Origin: Dehalococcoidia bacterium
GTDB lineage: Bacteria > Chloroflexota > Dehalococcoidia > Lucifugimonadales > Australimonadaceae
NCBI GenBank assembly: GCA_965220205.1
Contig: OZ244812.1
Location: forward strand, 1,223,588 to 1,287,587
Direction: 5' to 3'
DNA length: 64,000 nt
The notes beneath the pieces were generated by a model. That model had not been told where the DNA came from. It did not search any database and saw only the letters and a list, made by a program, of their open reading frames with translations. This document shows, in pieces, positions 21,126 through 30,869 of this stretch. The position numbers and the translations under genes were made by a program. How positions within the stretch are numbered: the stretch's first letter is position 1; each line of letters begins with the position of its first letter.

Positions 21126-21183
21126 CCTCCTCCCCCACGGGGGGAGGATTGAGGAGGGGGGAGCTTGTTCAGAGTTTCCCTAG
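21126..21183. repeat. H-type hairpin module plus MITE family A right end
   Basis: CCTCCTCCCCCACGGGGGGAGGATTGAGGAGGGGGG followed by TTCAGAGTTTCC-CTAG. The CTAGGAGG at the end provides the AGGAGG preceding ATG 21197. Confidence 0.7.
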
Positions 21184-21196
21184 GAGGTCGAACGCG

Positions 21197-21736
21197 ATGA
21201 TGCCGAAGACCACATCCGCGAGGTGGCTCGCCGCCATCTCCGTGGTTGCCGTCGCAGTTGCAGCCGTCAGCGTTATCGTCACGATCGCCACGGGAACGGG
21301 CCGGGCGGACCCCCTTCCCGAGGGCTCTCCCGAGCGAGTCGCCCAGCTCTACATCCTCGCCATCGAGGACGAAGACGTCGAGGCTGCCTACGCGCTCCTC
21401 CACGAGTCGGTCGCCGAAGGGTGCGCGCTATCCGAATTCCAACGCGATGTGCGCTCCAACGCAGACCGCGACTACCGCGTCACGCTCGACACGGTGGACA
21501 TCCTCCCCGACGGGGCGAACGTGTTCGTCGAGACGGTCAGAATCTCCGCGCCGAGTCCGTTCGAGGTCTCGACCCACAAGTCGAGCGCTGCGTTCTTCTT
21601 GCAACAGAGTGCGGGCGAGTGGCGGATCGTCAGGACGCCCTATCCTTTCCGGGGTTGTCCAAACCGTCCCCCGACAGCGACTCCCCTTCCCACCGAAACG
21701 GAATCGCTCAGCAAACCAGCCGAGTCGGAAGGCTGA
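21197..21736 (+). CDS. hypothetical N-terminally membrane-anchored protein
   Basis: AGGAGG lies 9 nt upstream. There is one N-terminal TM helix (WLAAISVVAVAVAAVSVIVTIA). No recognised family. Confidence 0.55.
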   Translation: MMPKTTSARWLAAISVVAVAVAAVSVIVTIATGTGRADPLPEGSPERVAQLYILAIEDEDVEAAYALLHESVAEGCALSEFQRDVRSNADRDYRVTLDTVDILPDGANVFVETVRISAPSPFEVSTHKSSAAFFLQQSAGEWRIVRTPYPFRGCPNRPPTATPLPTETESLSKPAESEG

Positions 21737-21744
21737 GGGCGGGC

Positions 21745-23562
21745 ATGGATACCCTCGGCATCCTATTCGGCGTGTTCATAGCGGGCATCTTCCCGTTCGT
21801 CGTCATCGGCGCCGTGATTGCCTTCATCTTCTCGCGCAGATCGCCGTCTGGTGAGCACGGCCCCGGCATCGGCATCGGCACTACGCGGCGCGTGTTCCTG
21901 TACGGCCTCTCCTTCGTCGCCCTCATGATCGGCGCCATCGGCGCAACGCTCCTCGTTTCCGGCTTTCTCGACCTCGTCGCCCCCGGCGCAGTGCTCGCGT
22001 ACGACTCGACGAGCGTCGCGTTCGGCATCGCGTCCTCCACCGTCGGGCTCGGCACCTGGGGAGTGCTCACGTGGGCGGCCCGGCGCTCGCTCGGCCGGTA
22101 CCCGGCAGAGGCCGGAACCCTCGGCCGGAAGCTGTACGTCTACGCAGTCCTGGCCGTCTCGGCGATTGTCGTGGCCGTCTGGTTCGTGCAGTTCATCGCT
22201 CAACTGTTCCGGCCATCCGACTTCGACCCCACCGTGCTGGCGCCGATGCTGGTCTGGGGCCTCGTTTGGGGATGGCACTGGGTCAACGAGCAGGCGGAGG
22301 GGCAACCCTCGGCAACCGCCCAGACGGTCCGCCGGCTCTACGTCTACGGGGTGTCGGTCTACGCGATCATCGTGCTGGTCTCCGGCGTCAATACCCTGCT
22401 GACCTTCTTCTTCACCGCCGCGTACGCCGCCGCGTTCGGCGACGACGCGGTCCTATATCAGTCGTTCGGGTTCTGGAGCGCCTTGACCCACTCCGGCCTT
22501 GCGCTCGGGGTCGTAGGCAGCGTCTGGTGGTGGTTCCACTGGCACAAAGTCGCGCGCCACGATCAACGGTCGGACCTCCGGCGGGCCGTCATCTATGTGC
22601 TCGGCCTGCTCGGCGGCTCCGTGTCCCTCGTCGTAGCCGTGTCCGTAGGCATATTCCTCGTGCTTTGGTGGCTTCTTGACCCCCCTCGTGATACCTCCGC
22701 TTTCGGTCATTTCGACGTGCTCCCGCGCACGCTCGGCGCGGCGCTCATCGCCGCCGGCGTCTGGGGCTACCACGCCTCGGTCGCGCTCGCCGAGGCCCCC
22801 GCCGGACCCGGCGGCGCCCGGTCCGGCCTGCGTGTCTACCGCTACGTCTCAGCGCTCGTGGGCCTCGGTACGCTCTGGGCGGGCCTGATCATCGTTCTCG
22901 GCGTCGCAATCGGCCTCGCGACCTCGCAGCAGGGGGTCGCCTTGAACGAGCGCGGACTGGGCACGCAGCTGGCGTCGGCGCTCACCTTGATGATCGTGGG
23001 AGCTCCCCTGTGGACCTGGCACTGGCAGCGGATGCAAGCGCTGGTCCGGACCGAGGACGACGAGCGCGGGACGCTCGCGCGGCGCGCCTATGTGTTCGGC
23101 GTCCTGGGGATTTCTTTGCTCGTGGTGCTCGTCGCGCTGAGCATCGTGCTCTTCAGGGTGCTCGACGCCCTGCTGAGCGGCGAGTTCGGCGTCGGGACGG
23201 TCGACGACTTCCGCTGGGCGTTCGCTGCCGCCGCCGTATCGGCGGCAGTCGGCGTATACCACTGGCTGGTCACCCGCGAGGACCGCACGCTGACGCCCGA
23301 GGAGGAACCGACGCCGGCGGCGCCGGAACGCGCGCCAAAGCAGATCACCGCCGCCGCCCCCGCCGGGGCCGAGTCCATCGTCAACGCCGTCGCGGAGCGC
23401 ATCGGCGCAAGCGTCGCCGTCTGGCGGCGGCAGGACGACGCCCGCCCGCCCGAGCTCACCGCACAGCAGCTCGACGATATCGCCGCGCGCGTGCAGTCCG
23501 CGTCCGGCGACCGTGTCCTCCTCGTCCTCGACGCCGACGGCGTGCAGGTCATCCCCGTCTAA
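21745..23562 (+). CDS. hypothetical polytopic membrane protein with soluble C-terminal domain
   Basis: Start MDTLGILFGVFIAG, about 12 or more TM segments with repeated W-rich helices. The 21223-21744 part of the track ORF overlaps the previous gene out of context. Confidence 0.6.
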   Translation: MDTLGILFGVFIAGIFPFVVIGAVIAFIFSRRSPSGEHGPGIGIGTTRRVFLYGLSFVALMIGAIGATLLVSGFLDLVAPGAVLAYDSTSVAFGIASSTVGLGTWGVLTWAARRSLGRYPAEAGTLGRKLYVYAVLAVSAIVVAVWFVQFIAQLFRPSDFDPTVLAPMLVWGLVWGWHWVNEQAEGQPSATAQTVRRLYVYGVSVYAIIVLVSGVNTLLTFFFTAAYAAAFGDDAVLYQSFGFWSALTHSGLALGVVGSVWWWFHWHKVARHDQRSDLRRAVIYVLGLLGGSVSLVVAVSVGIFLVLWWLLDPPRDTSAFGHFDVLPRTLGAALIAAGVWGYHASVALAEAPAGPGGARSGLRVYRYVSALVGLGTLWAGLIIVLGVAIGLATSQQGVALNERGLGTQLASALTLMIVGAPLWTWHWQRMQALVRTEDDERGTLARRAYVFGVLGISLLVVLVALSIVLFRVLDALLSGEFGVGTVDDFRWAFAAAAVSAAVGVYHWLVTREDRTLTPEEEPTPAAPERAPKQITAAAPAGAESIVNAVAERIGASVAVWRRQDDARPPELTAQQLDDIAARVQSASGDRVLLVLDADGVQVIPV

Positions 23563-23565
23563 CCC

Positions 23566-23826
23566 TGATCCGTTCGCCCTGAGCCCGTCGTTGACCTCCT
23601 CCCTAGTGGGGGAGGATTGAGGAGGGGGCCGCCGCCCCTATCGTCATTCTCGTGCCCGACACGGGAATCCACGCCCAGTGTCGTAACTATGACATGAACC
23701 CGTTGCGTGCACGCCATCCCATCCTCTACCCTGGTCCCAACGCCCAGCACCGACCGGGAGCCCTCCGGTCTGGCCTCCTCCCATCTGGCCTCCTCCCCAC
23801 GCTGCGGGGGGAAGATTGAGGAGGGG
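23566..23826. repeat. cluster of MITE-type modules (G fragment, H, P, second H-like)
   Basis: G fragment at 23570-23590, H at 23595-23628, P at 23641-23676, and an H-like module at 23789-23826. Confidence 0.65.
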
Positions 23827-23852
23827 AGCCGTCCAGCCCGTCCCCAGAGGAG

Positions 23853-23882
23853 AAATGTCCCCGAATGTCACCAAATGCCGCC
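23853..23882 (+). promoter_or_regulatory. three phased 10-nt units (AAATGTCCCC GAATGTCACC AAATGCCGCC) spanning the start codon of the HTH gene
   Basis: Same unit type and phase as the iteron sets of the MITE core modules. ATG 23865 lies inside unit 2 and GAGGAG lies at 23847-23852. Confidence 0.5.
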
Positions 23883-24266
23883 CCTGAAAACAGCGTAGCC
23901 CTCTCGCCCCGCCAGACCGCCGCCCTTCCCTACATCGCCTCCGAGCCCAACCTCTCCGAAGGCGCGCGGGCCGCGCAGATTGATAGACGCACCCTCACGC
24001 GATGGATGCAAGAACCCGCCTTCCGCGCCGAGCTCGAACGCGTCCGCCGCAACATCAGCGACCTGGCATTCTCCGAGCTCGAAGGGTTCACCCTCAAAGG
24101 CGTCATCCGTCTTGTGCAGCTCCTCGACGACCCCGACTCCACCGTCAGACACCGCGCCGCCAAGACTGTCATCTCGATATCCATCGCCGTGCGGCAGGAC
24201 AAGGAGATCCGCCGCCAGCTCGAGACCATCGACAACGCGCTCATCATGCTGAAGGCGCAACGATGA
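23865..24266 (+). CDS. small helix-turn-helix DNA-binding protein (phage/mobile-element type N-terminal HTH)
   Basis: LSPRQTAALPYIASEPNLSEGARAAQIDRRTLTRWMQEPAFRAELERVR fits the HTH pattern seen in small terminase-like or excisionase-like mobile-element proteins. The assignment is by pattern only. Confidence 0.55.
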   Translation: MSPNAAPENSVALSPRQTAALPYIASEPNLSEGARAAQIDRRTLTRWMQEPAFRAELERVRRNISDLAFSELEGFTLKGVIRLVQLLDDPDSTVRHRAAKTVISISIAVRQDKEIRRQLETIDNALIMLKAQR

Positions 24267-24649
24267 GGAACGCCGTCCGGCTCCTCGAACGCCGCCTCGC
24301 CTGCCTCGTCGCCCAGTCCGCCCTCGAACCCATCGTCGAGGACTACCTCGACCGCTGGTGCATCGCCGTCGAGCAGGGCGATCGGCCTCCCGACGTCTTC
24401 GACCTCGTCCACGCCGCAACTGCCGAACGCGTCCCGATGCTCAACGCCGGCGGCCTCGTCTCCTACATCGAGCAGTGCGCCGACAACGACCGCGTCCCCG
24501 ACTCCCGAAATATCATCCAGACCATCGTCCACGGCCACGCCCAACGCTACTACTTCACCAACCACGCCAAGACCTGCCGCTGCCCTGCTCGTATGCCCCT
24601 CATCATCGACTACTCCCCCTACGACGATGACCATGACCATGACAACTGA
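24263..24649 (+). CDS. hypothetical protein, translationally coupled to the HTH gene
   Basis: ATGA overlap at 24263-24266. 128 aa with an acidic His/Asp tail (DDDHDHDN). No recognised family. Confidence 0.45.
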   Translation: MRNAVRLLERRLACLVAQSALEPIVEDYLDRWCIAVEQGDRPPDVFDLVHAATAERVPMLNAGGLVSYIEQCADNDRVPDSRNIIQTIVHGHAQRYYFTNHAKTCRCPARMPLIIDYSPYDDDHDHDN

Positions 24650-24812
24650 TGTCCCCTCCCGTTATCCCCCGCCCCCGTTTCGTCATTCCGGCGCCCCAGC
24701 TGGAATTCAGGGGTGGGGGGAAGGCGCCCCTCAACCCGAGGCGCGGCGCAACGAGTCGGCCCGAGCCGAGGCGTGGCCTGTCGCCGCCTTGGATTCCCGA
24801 CCGGACCACGAA

Positions 24813-24945
24813 GCAATGTCCCAAAATGTCCCAAAATGTCCCGGTTTAGAAGAATTTTGCTCCGCTCCTACTCGTAAACTCGTGCAATCTGCGAGTGGAC
24901 GCACTGCGCCATCTTGGGACAATCTCCGCCAATTCGCGGCGTTCT
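24813..24945. other. diverged copy of the iteron-inverted repeat-iteron core module
   Basis: GCAATGTCCC AAAATGTCCC AAAATGTCCC at 24813-24842; TACTCGTAAA at 24869-24878; hairpin ACTCG/CGAGT at 24878-24896; GCGCCATCTT GGGACAATCT CCGCCAATTC GCGGCGTTCT at 24906-24945. Confidence 0.6.
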
Positions 24946-25026
24946 ATAGCTGTTTACTGGTACTTTGACGGTCATGCGACAGATGGAACGCCCCCAGGTT
25001 CCCAGCACAGCGAGGTAGGCTGGTCT

Positions 25027-26253
25027 ATGCCCACAGTCCCACTCGAACGTGCGTTGGCCGCGTCTGACCTCGCTTTGCTGCGCGCGCTTGGCGTTGCGGC
25101 GAGCGCGGCGGGCGCGCGCCTCTGGCTCGTGGGCGGCGCCGTGCGCGACGCGCTCCTCGAACGGACGGTGACAGACCTCGACCTCGCGTCGGCCGCGCCC
25201 GCGCGCGAGCTTGCGCCCGTGCTCGCAGCGGCAACCGGCGCAACCGTCGCCGCCCGTTCGGCGTTCGGCACGGTGAAGCTGCGCTTGGGCCAACGCGCGG
25301 TGGACCTAGCCACGCTCCGTTCGGAGCGGTACGACCGCCCCGGCGCCCTGCCGTCGGTGGGCCCCGGCAACGTGCTCGCCGACCTCGCGCGGCGGGACTT
25401 CTCCATCAACGCCATGGCCGCATCGCTCGCCCCCAGCGATTTCGGCGAGCTGCTCGACCCCGAGGGGGGACTCCCCGACCTGCGAGCCGGGAGGATTCGT
25501 ATCCTCCACGAGCGGTCGTTTCAGGACGACGCGACTCGCATCCTTCGAGTCGTCCGGTATAGCGTGCGCCTCGGGTTCGCCGTGGACCGGGGCTCCGCTG
25601 CCTTCTTGCGGCGCGACCTCGCTTTCCTCGACGCCATCTCGTCGGCCAGGCTCCGCCGGGAGCTCGAACGCATGCTCGCCGAGCCGCTGGCCGTGCGCAT
25701 GCTGGCCGCGGCTTGGCGTTCCGGCGTGCTCGCGACCGTACACCCCGCGTTGAGCAATCCCGCCCTCCGGGGGTCGCTGCGCCGCGCGGGGCGCGCCCGG
25801 CTCACGCCGCTGGCGCTGCTCGGCGTGCTGGTGTACGCTTCGACCGTGGACAGCGCCACGGCCATGGCGAGCAGGCTGGCATTGACTCGGATGCAAGCCT
25901 CGACCGTCGCGCACACACAGCGGACCGCCGCCCTCGAACGGCGGATCGCGGGCGCCGCGCCCAGCACGGTTCACGAGTTGGTCGGCGGAGCGCCCACCGA
26001 CTCGTTGCAGGCAAGCGCCGCAGCCGCCGCCGACCCAGCGGCGCGCCGGGCGCTCGCGCGCTACTTGGGGCGCTTGCGCATCGCTCGACCTCTGCTCGAC
26101 GGCAACGATTTGAAGTCGTTGGGAGTGGAAGAAGGGCCCGGCATGGGGGCGTTGCTCGACGAATTGCGGCACCTCGCCCTCGACGGCAACCTCCGCTCGC
26201 GCGGCGGGGCCATCGCGTACGTGAAGCGGGCCCTCGCGGAAGGACGAGCGTGA
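25027..26253 (+). CDS. cca: CCA-adding enzyme / poly(A) polymerase family tRNA nucleotidyltransferase
   Basis: LWLVGGAVRDALL...DLDLA nucleotidyltransferase head motif. Start MPTVPLERAL; the upstream part of the track ORF runs through repeat sequence. Confidence 0.8.
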   Translation: MPTVPLERALAASDLALLRALGVAASAAGARLWLVGGAVRDALLERTVTDLDLASAAPARELAPVLAAATGATVAARSAFGTVKLRLGQRAVDLATLRSERYDRPGALPSVGPGNVLADLARRDFSINAMAASLAPSDFGELLDPEGGLPDLRAGRIRILHERSFQDDATRILRVVRYSVRLGFAVDRGSAAFLRRDLAFLDAISSARLRRELERMLAEPLAVRMLAAAWRSGVLATVHPALSNPALRGSLRRAGRARLTPLALLGVLVYASTVDSATAMASRLALTRMQASTVAHTQRTAALERRIAGAAPSTVHELVGGAPTDSLQASAAAAADPAARRALARYLGRLRIARPLLDGNDLKSLGVEEGPGMGALLDELRHLALDGNLRSRGGAIAYVKRALAEGRA

Positions 26254-27254
26254 AGGCAGTCTACATAGAGCGGCACGGCGACCCTTCCGTACTCGAGTAC
26301 GGCGAGATGCCTGAGCCCTCCCCAGCGCCGGACGAGGTCGTCGTGAGCGTGCGCGCCGCATCGCTGAACAGGCTCGACCTGTACACGCGGGCCGGCATTC
26401 GCGGGACGAAGATCCCCGACGCACAGATGCCGCGCATCCTCGGAGGCGACTGCGCCGGCGAGATCGCCGCCGTCGGCGCGGACGCGGCGGGCTTCAGCGT
26501 CGGTCAGCGGGTCGTCGTCAACCCGCTCATCACCACGGACCCCTCCCCCCAGATGCTCGGCACGCACCGCCACGGCTCCTACGCGGAGCTCGTCGCCGTG
26601 CCGGCGGCCAACGTCGTCCCTCTGCCGGAGTCGGTCAGCTTCGAGCTGGCGGCCTCCCTGCCCACCGTGTTCCTGCCGACATGGTCCATCATCGTCCGCG
26701 AGGCAAAGCTCCAACCCCACGAGACCGCGCTCGTGCTCTCCGCGTCGAGCGGCGTCGGCGCCGCCGCAATCCAGCTCATCAAGGGCGTGGTCGGCGGCGC
26801 ATGCATCGCGGCTACCAGCACCGGCGAGAAGATCCAGAAGGCGTACGACCTAGGCGCTGACTACGCGATCAACTACCGGACCGAAGACCTGGCGCAACGC
26901 GTCAAGGACCTCACCGCAGGCCGCGGAGTCGACCTCGTCGTCGATAGCGCGGGCGCGCTCTTCTTCGAGGCGGCCTACGCCTCACTGGCGCGCGGCGGGC
27001 GGTACGGCACGTGTGGAGTCACCAGCGGCTATCAGTCCCAGATTCACTTGGGCCAGCTGTTCAGCAAGGAGCTGCATGTGTTTGGCGTGTTCATGGGCTC
27101 CACCGCCGAGCTCCGGCAGATCGTGCAGGCCGCGGCCCGAGGCCAGCTGGCCGGAGCGATTCACCGGACCGCCCCGCTGTCCGATGCGGCCCTCCTCCAC
27201 GAGGAGATGGAGCGCTCGGAACACTTCGGCAAGTTCGTCTTGACTACCGGCTGA
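26250..27254 (+). CDS. zinc-type alcohol dehydrogenase / NADPH:quinone oxidoreductase family
   Basis: MKAVYIERHGDPSVLEYGEMPEP...ASLNRLD N-terminus, with GTG 26250 overlapping the cca stop. SASSGVGAAAIQL nucleotide-binding motif. Confidence 0.85.
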   Translation: MKAVYIERHGDPSVLEYGEMPEPSPAPDEVVVSVRAASLNRLDLYTRAGIRGTKIPDAQMPRILGGDCAGEIAAVGADAAGFSVGQRVVVNPLITTDPSPQMLGTHRHGSYAELVAVPAANVVPLPESVSFELAASLPTVFLPTWSIIVREAKLQPHETALVLSASSGVGAAAIQLIKGVVGGACIAATSTGEKIQKAYDLGADYAINYRTEDLAQRVKDLTAGRGVDLVVDSAGALFFEAAYASLARGGRYGTCGVTSGYQSQIHLGQLFSKELHVFGVFMGSTAELRQIVQAAARGQLAGAIHRTAPLSDAALLHEEMERSEHFGKFVLTTG

Positions 27255-28146
27255 GCCGCGCCGCGTCCGAGGCACGGCCGGCCCGAGACGCCCGCTCGCG
27301 CTGCCGCACATCCCAGAACAGGTACTGGTTCGCATAGCCAGCGTCGCTTCCGAAGGTCTCCCACGCCCACTGCCGCACTGCGTCGTAGCTGACGTTGGCG
27401 GCGAGCCCGTACCAGTCCGAGACCGCCCGCCGCACCCAGCGGTCGGCGGGGAAGGCCTCGGTCCGGTCGAGCGAGAAGAGCATGGCGCAGTCGGCGATCT
27501 TGTCCCCGACCCCGCGCAAGGCCGTCAGCGCGGCTTGCACGTCCGCGTAGGCTGCGCCGCGGAGCAGGCCGAGGCGGATGTCGCCGCAGGCGACAGCCTC
27601 GGCTGCCGACGCGAGGTAGGGCGCGCGGAACCCGCAACCGAGCTCCCGCAGCCGCGCCTCCCCCGCCTCCGCGACAGCCCCCGGCGTGGGGAACGTTCGC
27701 CGCGTCACGCCGTCGAGCTCGCGGTCGTCTCCCAACGTGTCGGCCAGCAGCTCCACGGTGCGCGAGATGCGCGGGATGTTCGACGTGGACGACAGGATGA
27801 AACCCGCCAACGTCTCCCAGGGCTCCTGCCGCATCACCCGCAGGCCCGGGTAGTGAGCAATCGCCTTCCCGGCGCGCGGATCTGCGCTGAGCCGGGCCTG
27901 CACGGCCGGCAAGTCGTCCTCCAGCCGGAGGTAGGACGCAACGACTATCGCGACCTGCGCAGGCGGCGTCGGCGAGCTCTCGACGGCGACGCCGTCGCGC
28001 GTGCGGCTGAGCCGCACGATGTCGCCGCCAATCACCCCCGTCCAGCGCCCACGGTCGTCCTCGCGCCAGCGGAAGCACTGGCCGCTCGCCAGCGTGCTCG
28101 GGAGGTCAAGCGGCTGATCGACCGCCAACACGACCCCGCTGCTCAT
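27244..28146 (-). CDS. ogg: 8-oxoguanine DNA glycosylase / HhH-GPD family
   Basis: N-terminal LASGQCFRW, and HhH-GPD region LRGVGDKIADCAMLFSL. Confidence 0.8.
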   Translation of the reverse strand: MSSGVVLAVDQPLDLPSTLASGQCFRWREDDRGRWTGVIGGDIVRLSRTRDGVAVESSPTPPAQVAIVVASYLRLEDDLPAVQARLSADPRAGKAIAHYPGLRVMRQEPWETLAGFILSSTSNIPRISRTVELLADTLGDDRELDGVTRRTFPTPGAVAEAGEARLRELGCGFRAPYLASAAEAVACGDIRLGLLRGAAYADVQAALTALRGVGDKIADCAMLFSLDRTEAFPADRWVRRAVSDWYGLAANVSYDAVRQWAWETFGSDAGYANQYLFWDVRQRERASRAGRASDAARLSR

Positions 28147-30869
28147 CCCCCGCCCGCCCCGGTGAGCCAGCGCTGCACGCCGGAAGCGACCTCGGCCAGC
28201 GGGGCGCGCAGCACCGATGCCGGCGGCAGGGAACTGAGGAACGTGGCGCCGTACGGCTTCGACGTGATGCGGCTGTCAAGCACCACCACGACCCCGTGGT
28301 CGCTCTTGCTCCTGATGAGCCTGCCGAACCCCTGCCGGAACCGCAGCACCGCCTGCGGGACCGCGTACTCCATGAACGGGCGGTCGTAGAGCGCGGAGCG
28401 GGCCGCGAACACCGGCTCCGTCGGCACGTTGAACGGCAGCCGCGCGACCACCAGCACCTTCATGGCATTGTCCGCAATGTCGACGCCCTCCCAGAAGCTC
28501 GACGTGCCGAGCAGCACGGCCTTCGGGTCCGTCTGGAATCGGGTGAGGAGCTGCTGCGGCGTCCCGTCCACGCCTTGGGCGAGCACCGCGATTCCCCGCG
28601 CCGCCAGCGTCCGGCGGAGCGCGGCAGCCGCGCCCCGGATCGCCGCGTGGGAGGTGAACAGCGCCAGCGTCCGCCCCCCGGCGCCGAACGCAAGCCCCCT
28701 GATCACGCCCGCGACCGCGTCCGGGTACCGCCGGGCGCCGGGCTCGGGCACATCGGTCGGCAGGCACAAGAGCACCGCCTTCCGATAATCGAACGGCGAC
28801 CCGAGCCACAGCTCCTCCGCCTCGTCGAGGCCGAGCCTGCCGCGCACATGCGCGAAACCGCCGCTGACCATCATCGTGGCGCTCGTGAGCACCACGCTGC
28901 GCTTCTCGCCGAACAGCTCCGCGTTCAGCCGCGGGCCGACGTCCAACGGCGCTCCGCTGAGGCTGAGCGGCCCCGCGGCCCGGCCCAGCCAGTACACCAT
29001 CTGCTCGTCCGGGCTCGACACGAAGCCGGCGACGTCGTCGCGCGCCTCGGCCTCGTCGCCCAGCCACTCGGCCAGGCTCCCCCGCATCTCGTCGAGCCCC
29101 GGTACTTCGTCCGGCGATAGCTCCTCGGCCTCCCGCAGCAGCGCCGCGGCGCGCTCTTCCGACTCCTCGGCGGCGCGCTGGAACGCATCGCCCGCGATCT
29201 CGATCTCCGACCAGGCGGGTTGCGCGCGCAGCCCCGGCGTGATGCGCAGCTCGCCGTCGTCGCCCGCGTCCTGCGAACGCTGACTCGCGGCGAACGCGGC
29301 AAGGTGGGCCGACAGCTCCGCCCAGGTGTCGCGCACGCGGTAGAGGGGCAACTGCGCCTCCTCAAGCCGGTTCGCCATCGTCTGCATGCGCGGCTCCTCC
29401 AACCGTCCTGCCCTCACCGCGTTGCCAAGGCTGTGGACGATGTTGCCCAACCGCTCGACCAGGTCCTCGACCGTCGATTGCAAGACGCGGAACCCGAACT
29501 GTCGTGTGGCCTCGTCCTCGAGGTTGTGGGCCTCGTCGACGATGAGGTAGTCGAAATCGGGAAGCACCGTTCCGCCGACCTGCATGTTCGACAGCAGCAG
29601 CGCGTGGTTCACCACGAGCACGTGGGCCGCGTTCGCCGTGTCGCGGGCGTGTCGATAGAAGCAAGCGCCCTCCCGAGCGCCGGGGCACATGGAGAAGTTC
29701 GTGGCCGACAGCCGGTCCCACATCGTCAGGTCCCGGCCCTTGATCGAGAGCTCGGCGCGATCGCCGGTCCGCGTCTCGCGCAGCCACGGCAGCGTCTTCG
29801 CCAGCATCTTGGCGTCGTCGGGGCCCACCAGATCGCTGTTCGCGACCGCCTGCCACCTGCGGAGACAGAGGTAGTTCGCCTTCCCCTTGAGCTGCGCGTA
29901 GCGGAAGTTGGCCACATCGAGGCCCGGGACGCCCCGCAGCGCCTCGGCAACGTCGGGAATGTCCTTCGCCACGAGCTGCTCTTGCAGGTTGATCGTATTC
30001 GTCGACACGACAACGCGGGCGTTGTTGCGGATGGCGAACAGCATCGCGGGCAGCAGATAGGCAACCGACTTGCCGATGCCGGTCCCGCCCTCGACGACGA
30101 GGTGGTGCGGCTCGCCGTCGTCCGCTCGCGACCCCAGAGCGTCCGCGACGGCGCAGGCCATCGCGATCTGCTCGTCACGCGGCTCGTAGCGCGGGAACCG
30201 CGCGGCCAGCGCTCCGCCGTCAGATAGCAGGCGTGCAATCTCGGCGGGGTCGAGCGGCTGTGGCGGCTTCGGCGAACCGACGGGCCGTGGCCGCTCCAAG
30301 CGCTGCGCGATCTCCCGTTGGTCGACTCCGTCGATAGGGCCCGCGTCGAGGGAGGTTGACGCGTCGGCAAGGGCCGCCAGGAGGACCGACAGCGGGCTGT
30401 GCGCTCGCGCGAGCAGGTCTGCCTGGCGATGGAGGACCGACGCCGGCCGTTCGCGACCGCGCCGCACCAGCTCCTCATAGACCAACCGGGTCACATCGAC
30501 AGCCGATGACGCAGGGGGCGCCTCCACTCCCACCATCGCCGCAAGCTCGGACAGCGACGCCTCCTCTCCACGAGGAAGGAGCAGACCGGCGAGCTCGCCG
30601 AGGTCCCACCACTCGCCGGACGACAGGATGTCTGCTCCGCCCAACAGATCCGCCGTCCTGCCGAGGTCGTGACCCACGATGGGCAACTCGCCGACGAACG
30701 CCGGGAACAGACTCCCGCCGGCGGCCGGGTCGTGCGTGAACGTGTCCACCACGCGGCCCGCGTGCGCTTTGACCGCGCGGACCGCGCCCTTCCCTCTGCC
30801 GGAGATCCTCGACTCCACCGCAACCGCTACGACTGGAGAGTCGAGCGGATGGACCAGCGAAAGGCGCAT
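28143..30869 (-). CDS. dinG: DinG-family ATP-dependent helicase with degenerate N-terminal exonuclease-like domain
   Basis: GTGIGKS P-loop, DEAHNLED box and TSSFWEGVD motif. The start is taken at MRLSLVH (30869); the track start 30977 is possible. Confidence 0.8.
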   Translation of the reverse strand: MRLSLVHPLDSPVVAVAVESRISGRGKGAVRAVKAHAGRVVDTFTHDPAAGGSLFPAFVGELPIVGHDLGRTADLLGGADILSSGEWWDLGELAGLLLPRGEEASLSELAAMVGVEAPPASSAVDVTRLVYEELVRRGRERPASVLHRQADLLARAHSPLSVLLAALADASTSLDAGPIDGVDQREIAQRLERPRPVGSPKPPQPLDPAEIARLLSDGGALAARFPRYEPRDEQIAMACAVADALGSRADDGEPHHLVVEGGTGIGKSVAYLLPAMLFAIRNNARVVVSTNTINLQEQLVAKDIPDVAEALRGVPGLDVANFRYAQLKGKANYLCLRRWQAVANSDLVGPDDAKMLAKTLPWLRETRTGDRAELSIKGRDLTMWDRLSATNFSMCPGAREGACFYRHARDTANAAHVLVVNHALLLSNMQVGGTVLPDFDYLIVDEAHNLEDEATRQFGFRVLQSTVEDLVERLGNIVHSLGNAVRAGRLEEPRMQTMANRLEEAQLPLYRVRDTWAELSAHLAAFAASQRSQDAGDDGELRITPGLRAQPAWSEIEIAGDAFQRAAEESEERAAALLREAEELSPDEVPGLDEMRGSLAEWLGDEAEARDDVAGFVSSPDEQMVYWLGRAAGPLSLSGAPLDVGPRLNAELFGEKRSVVLTSATMMVSGGFAHVRGRLGLDEAEELWLGSPFDYRKAVLLCLPTDVPEPGARRYPDAVAGVIRGLAFGAGGRTLALFTSHAAIRGAAAALRRTLAARGIAVLAQGVDGTPQQLLTRFQTDPKAVLLGTSSFWEGVDIADNAMKVLVVARLPFNVPTEPVFAARSALYDRPFMEYAVPQAVLRFRQGFGRLIRSKSDHGVVVVLDSRITSKPYGATFLSSLPPASVLRAPLAEVASGVQRWLTGAGGG

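Noticed and set aside
20432-21403. ORFs translating the tandem repeat: 20432-21403(-), 20899-21183(+) and 20928-21152(+)
   Set aside because: The periodic peptides arise only because the 63-nt unit is a multiple of 3. All frames are open, which argues against a specific coding frame.
23865-24649. The two overlapping small ORFs considered as IS66-type tnpA/tnpB
   Set aside because: No tnpC-like transposase follows. I see no IS66 TnpB-like motif in the second ORF, and the flanking repeats do not resemble IS66 ends.
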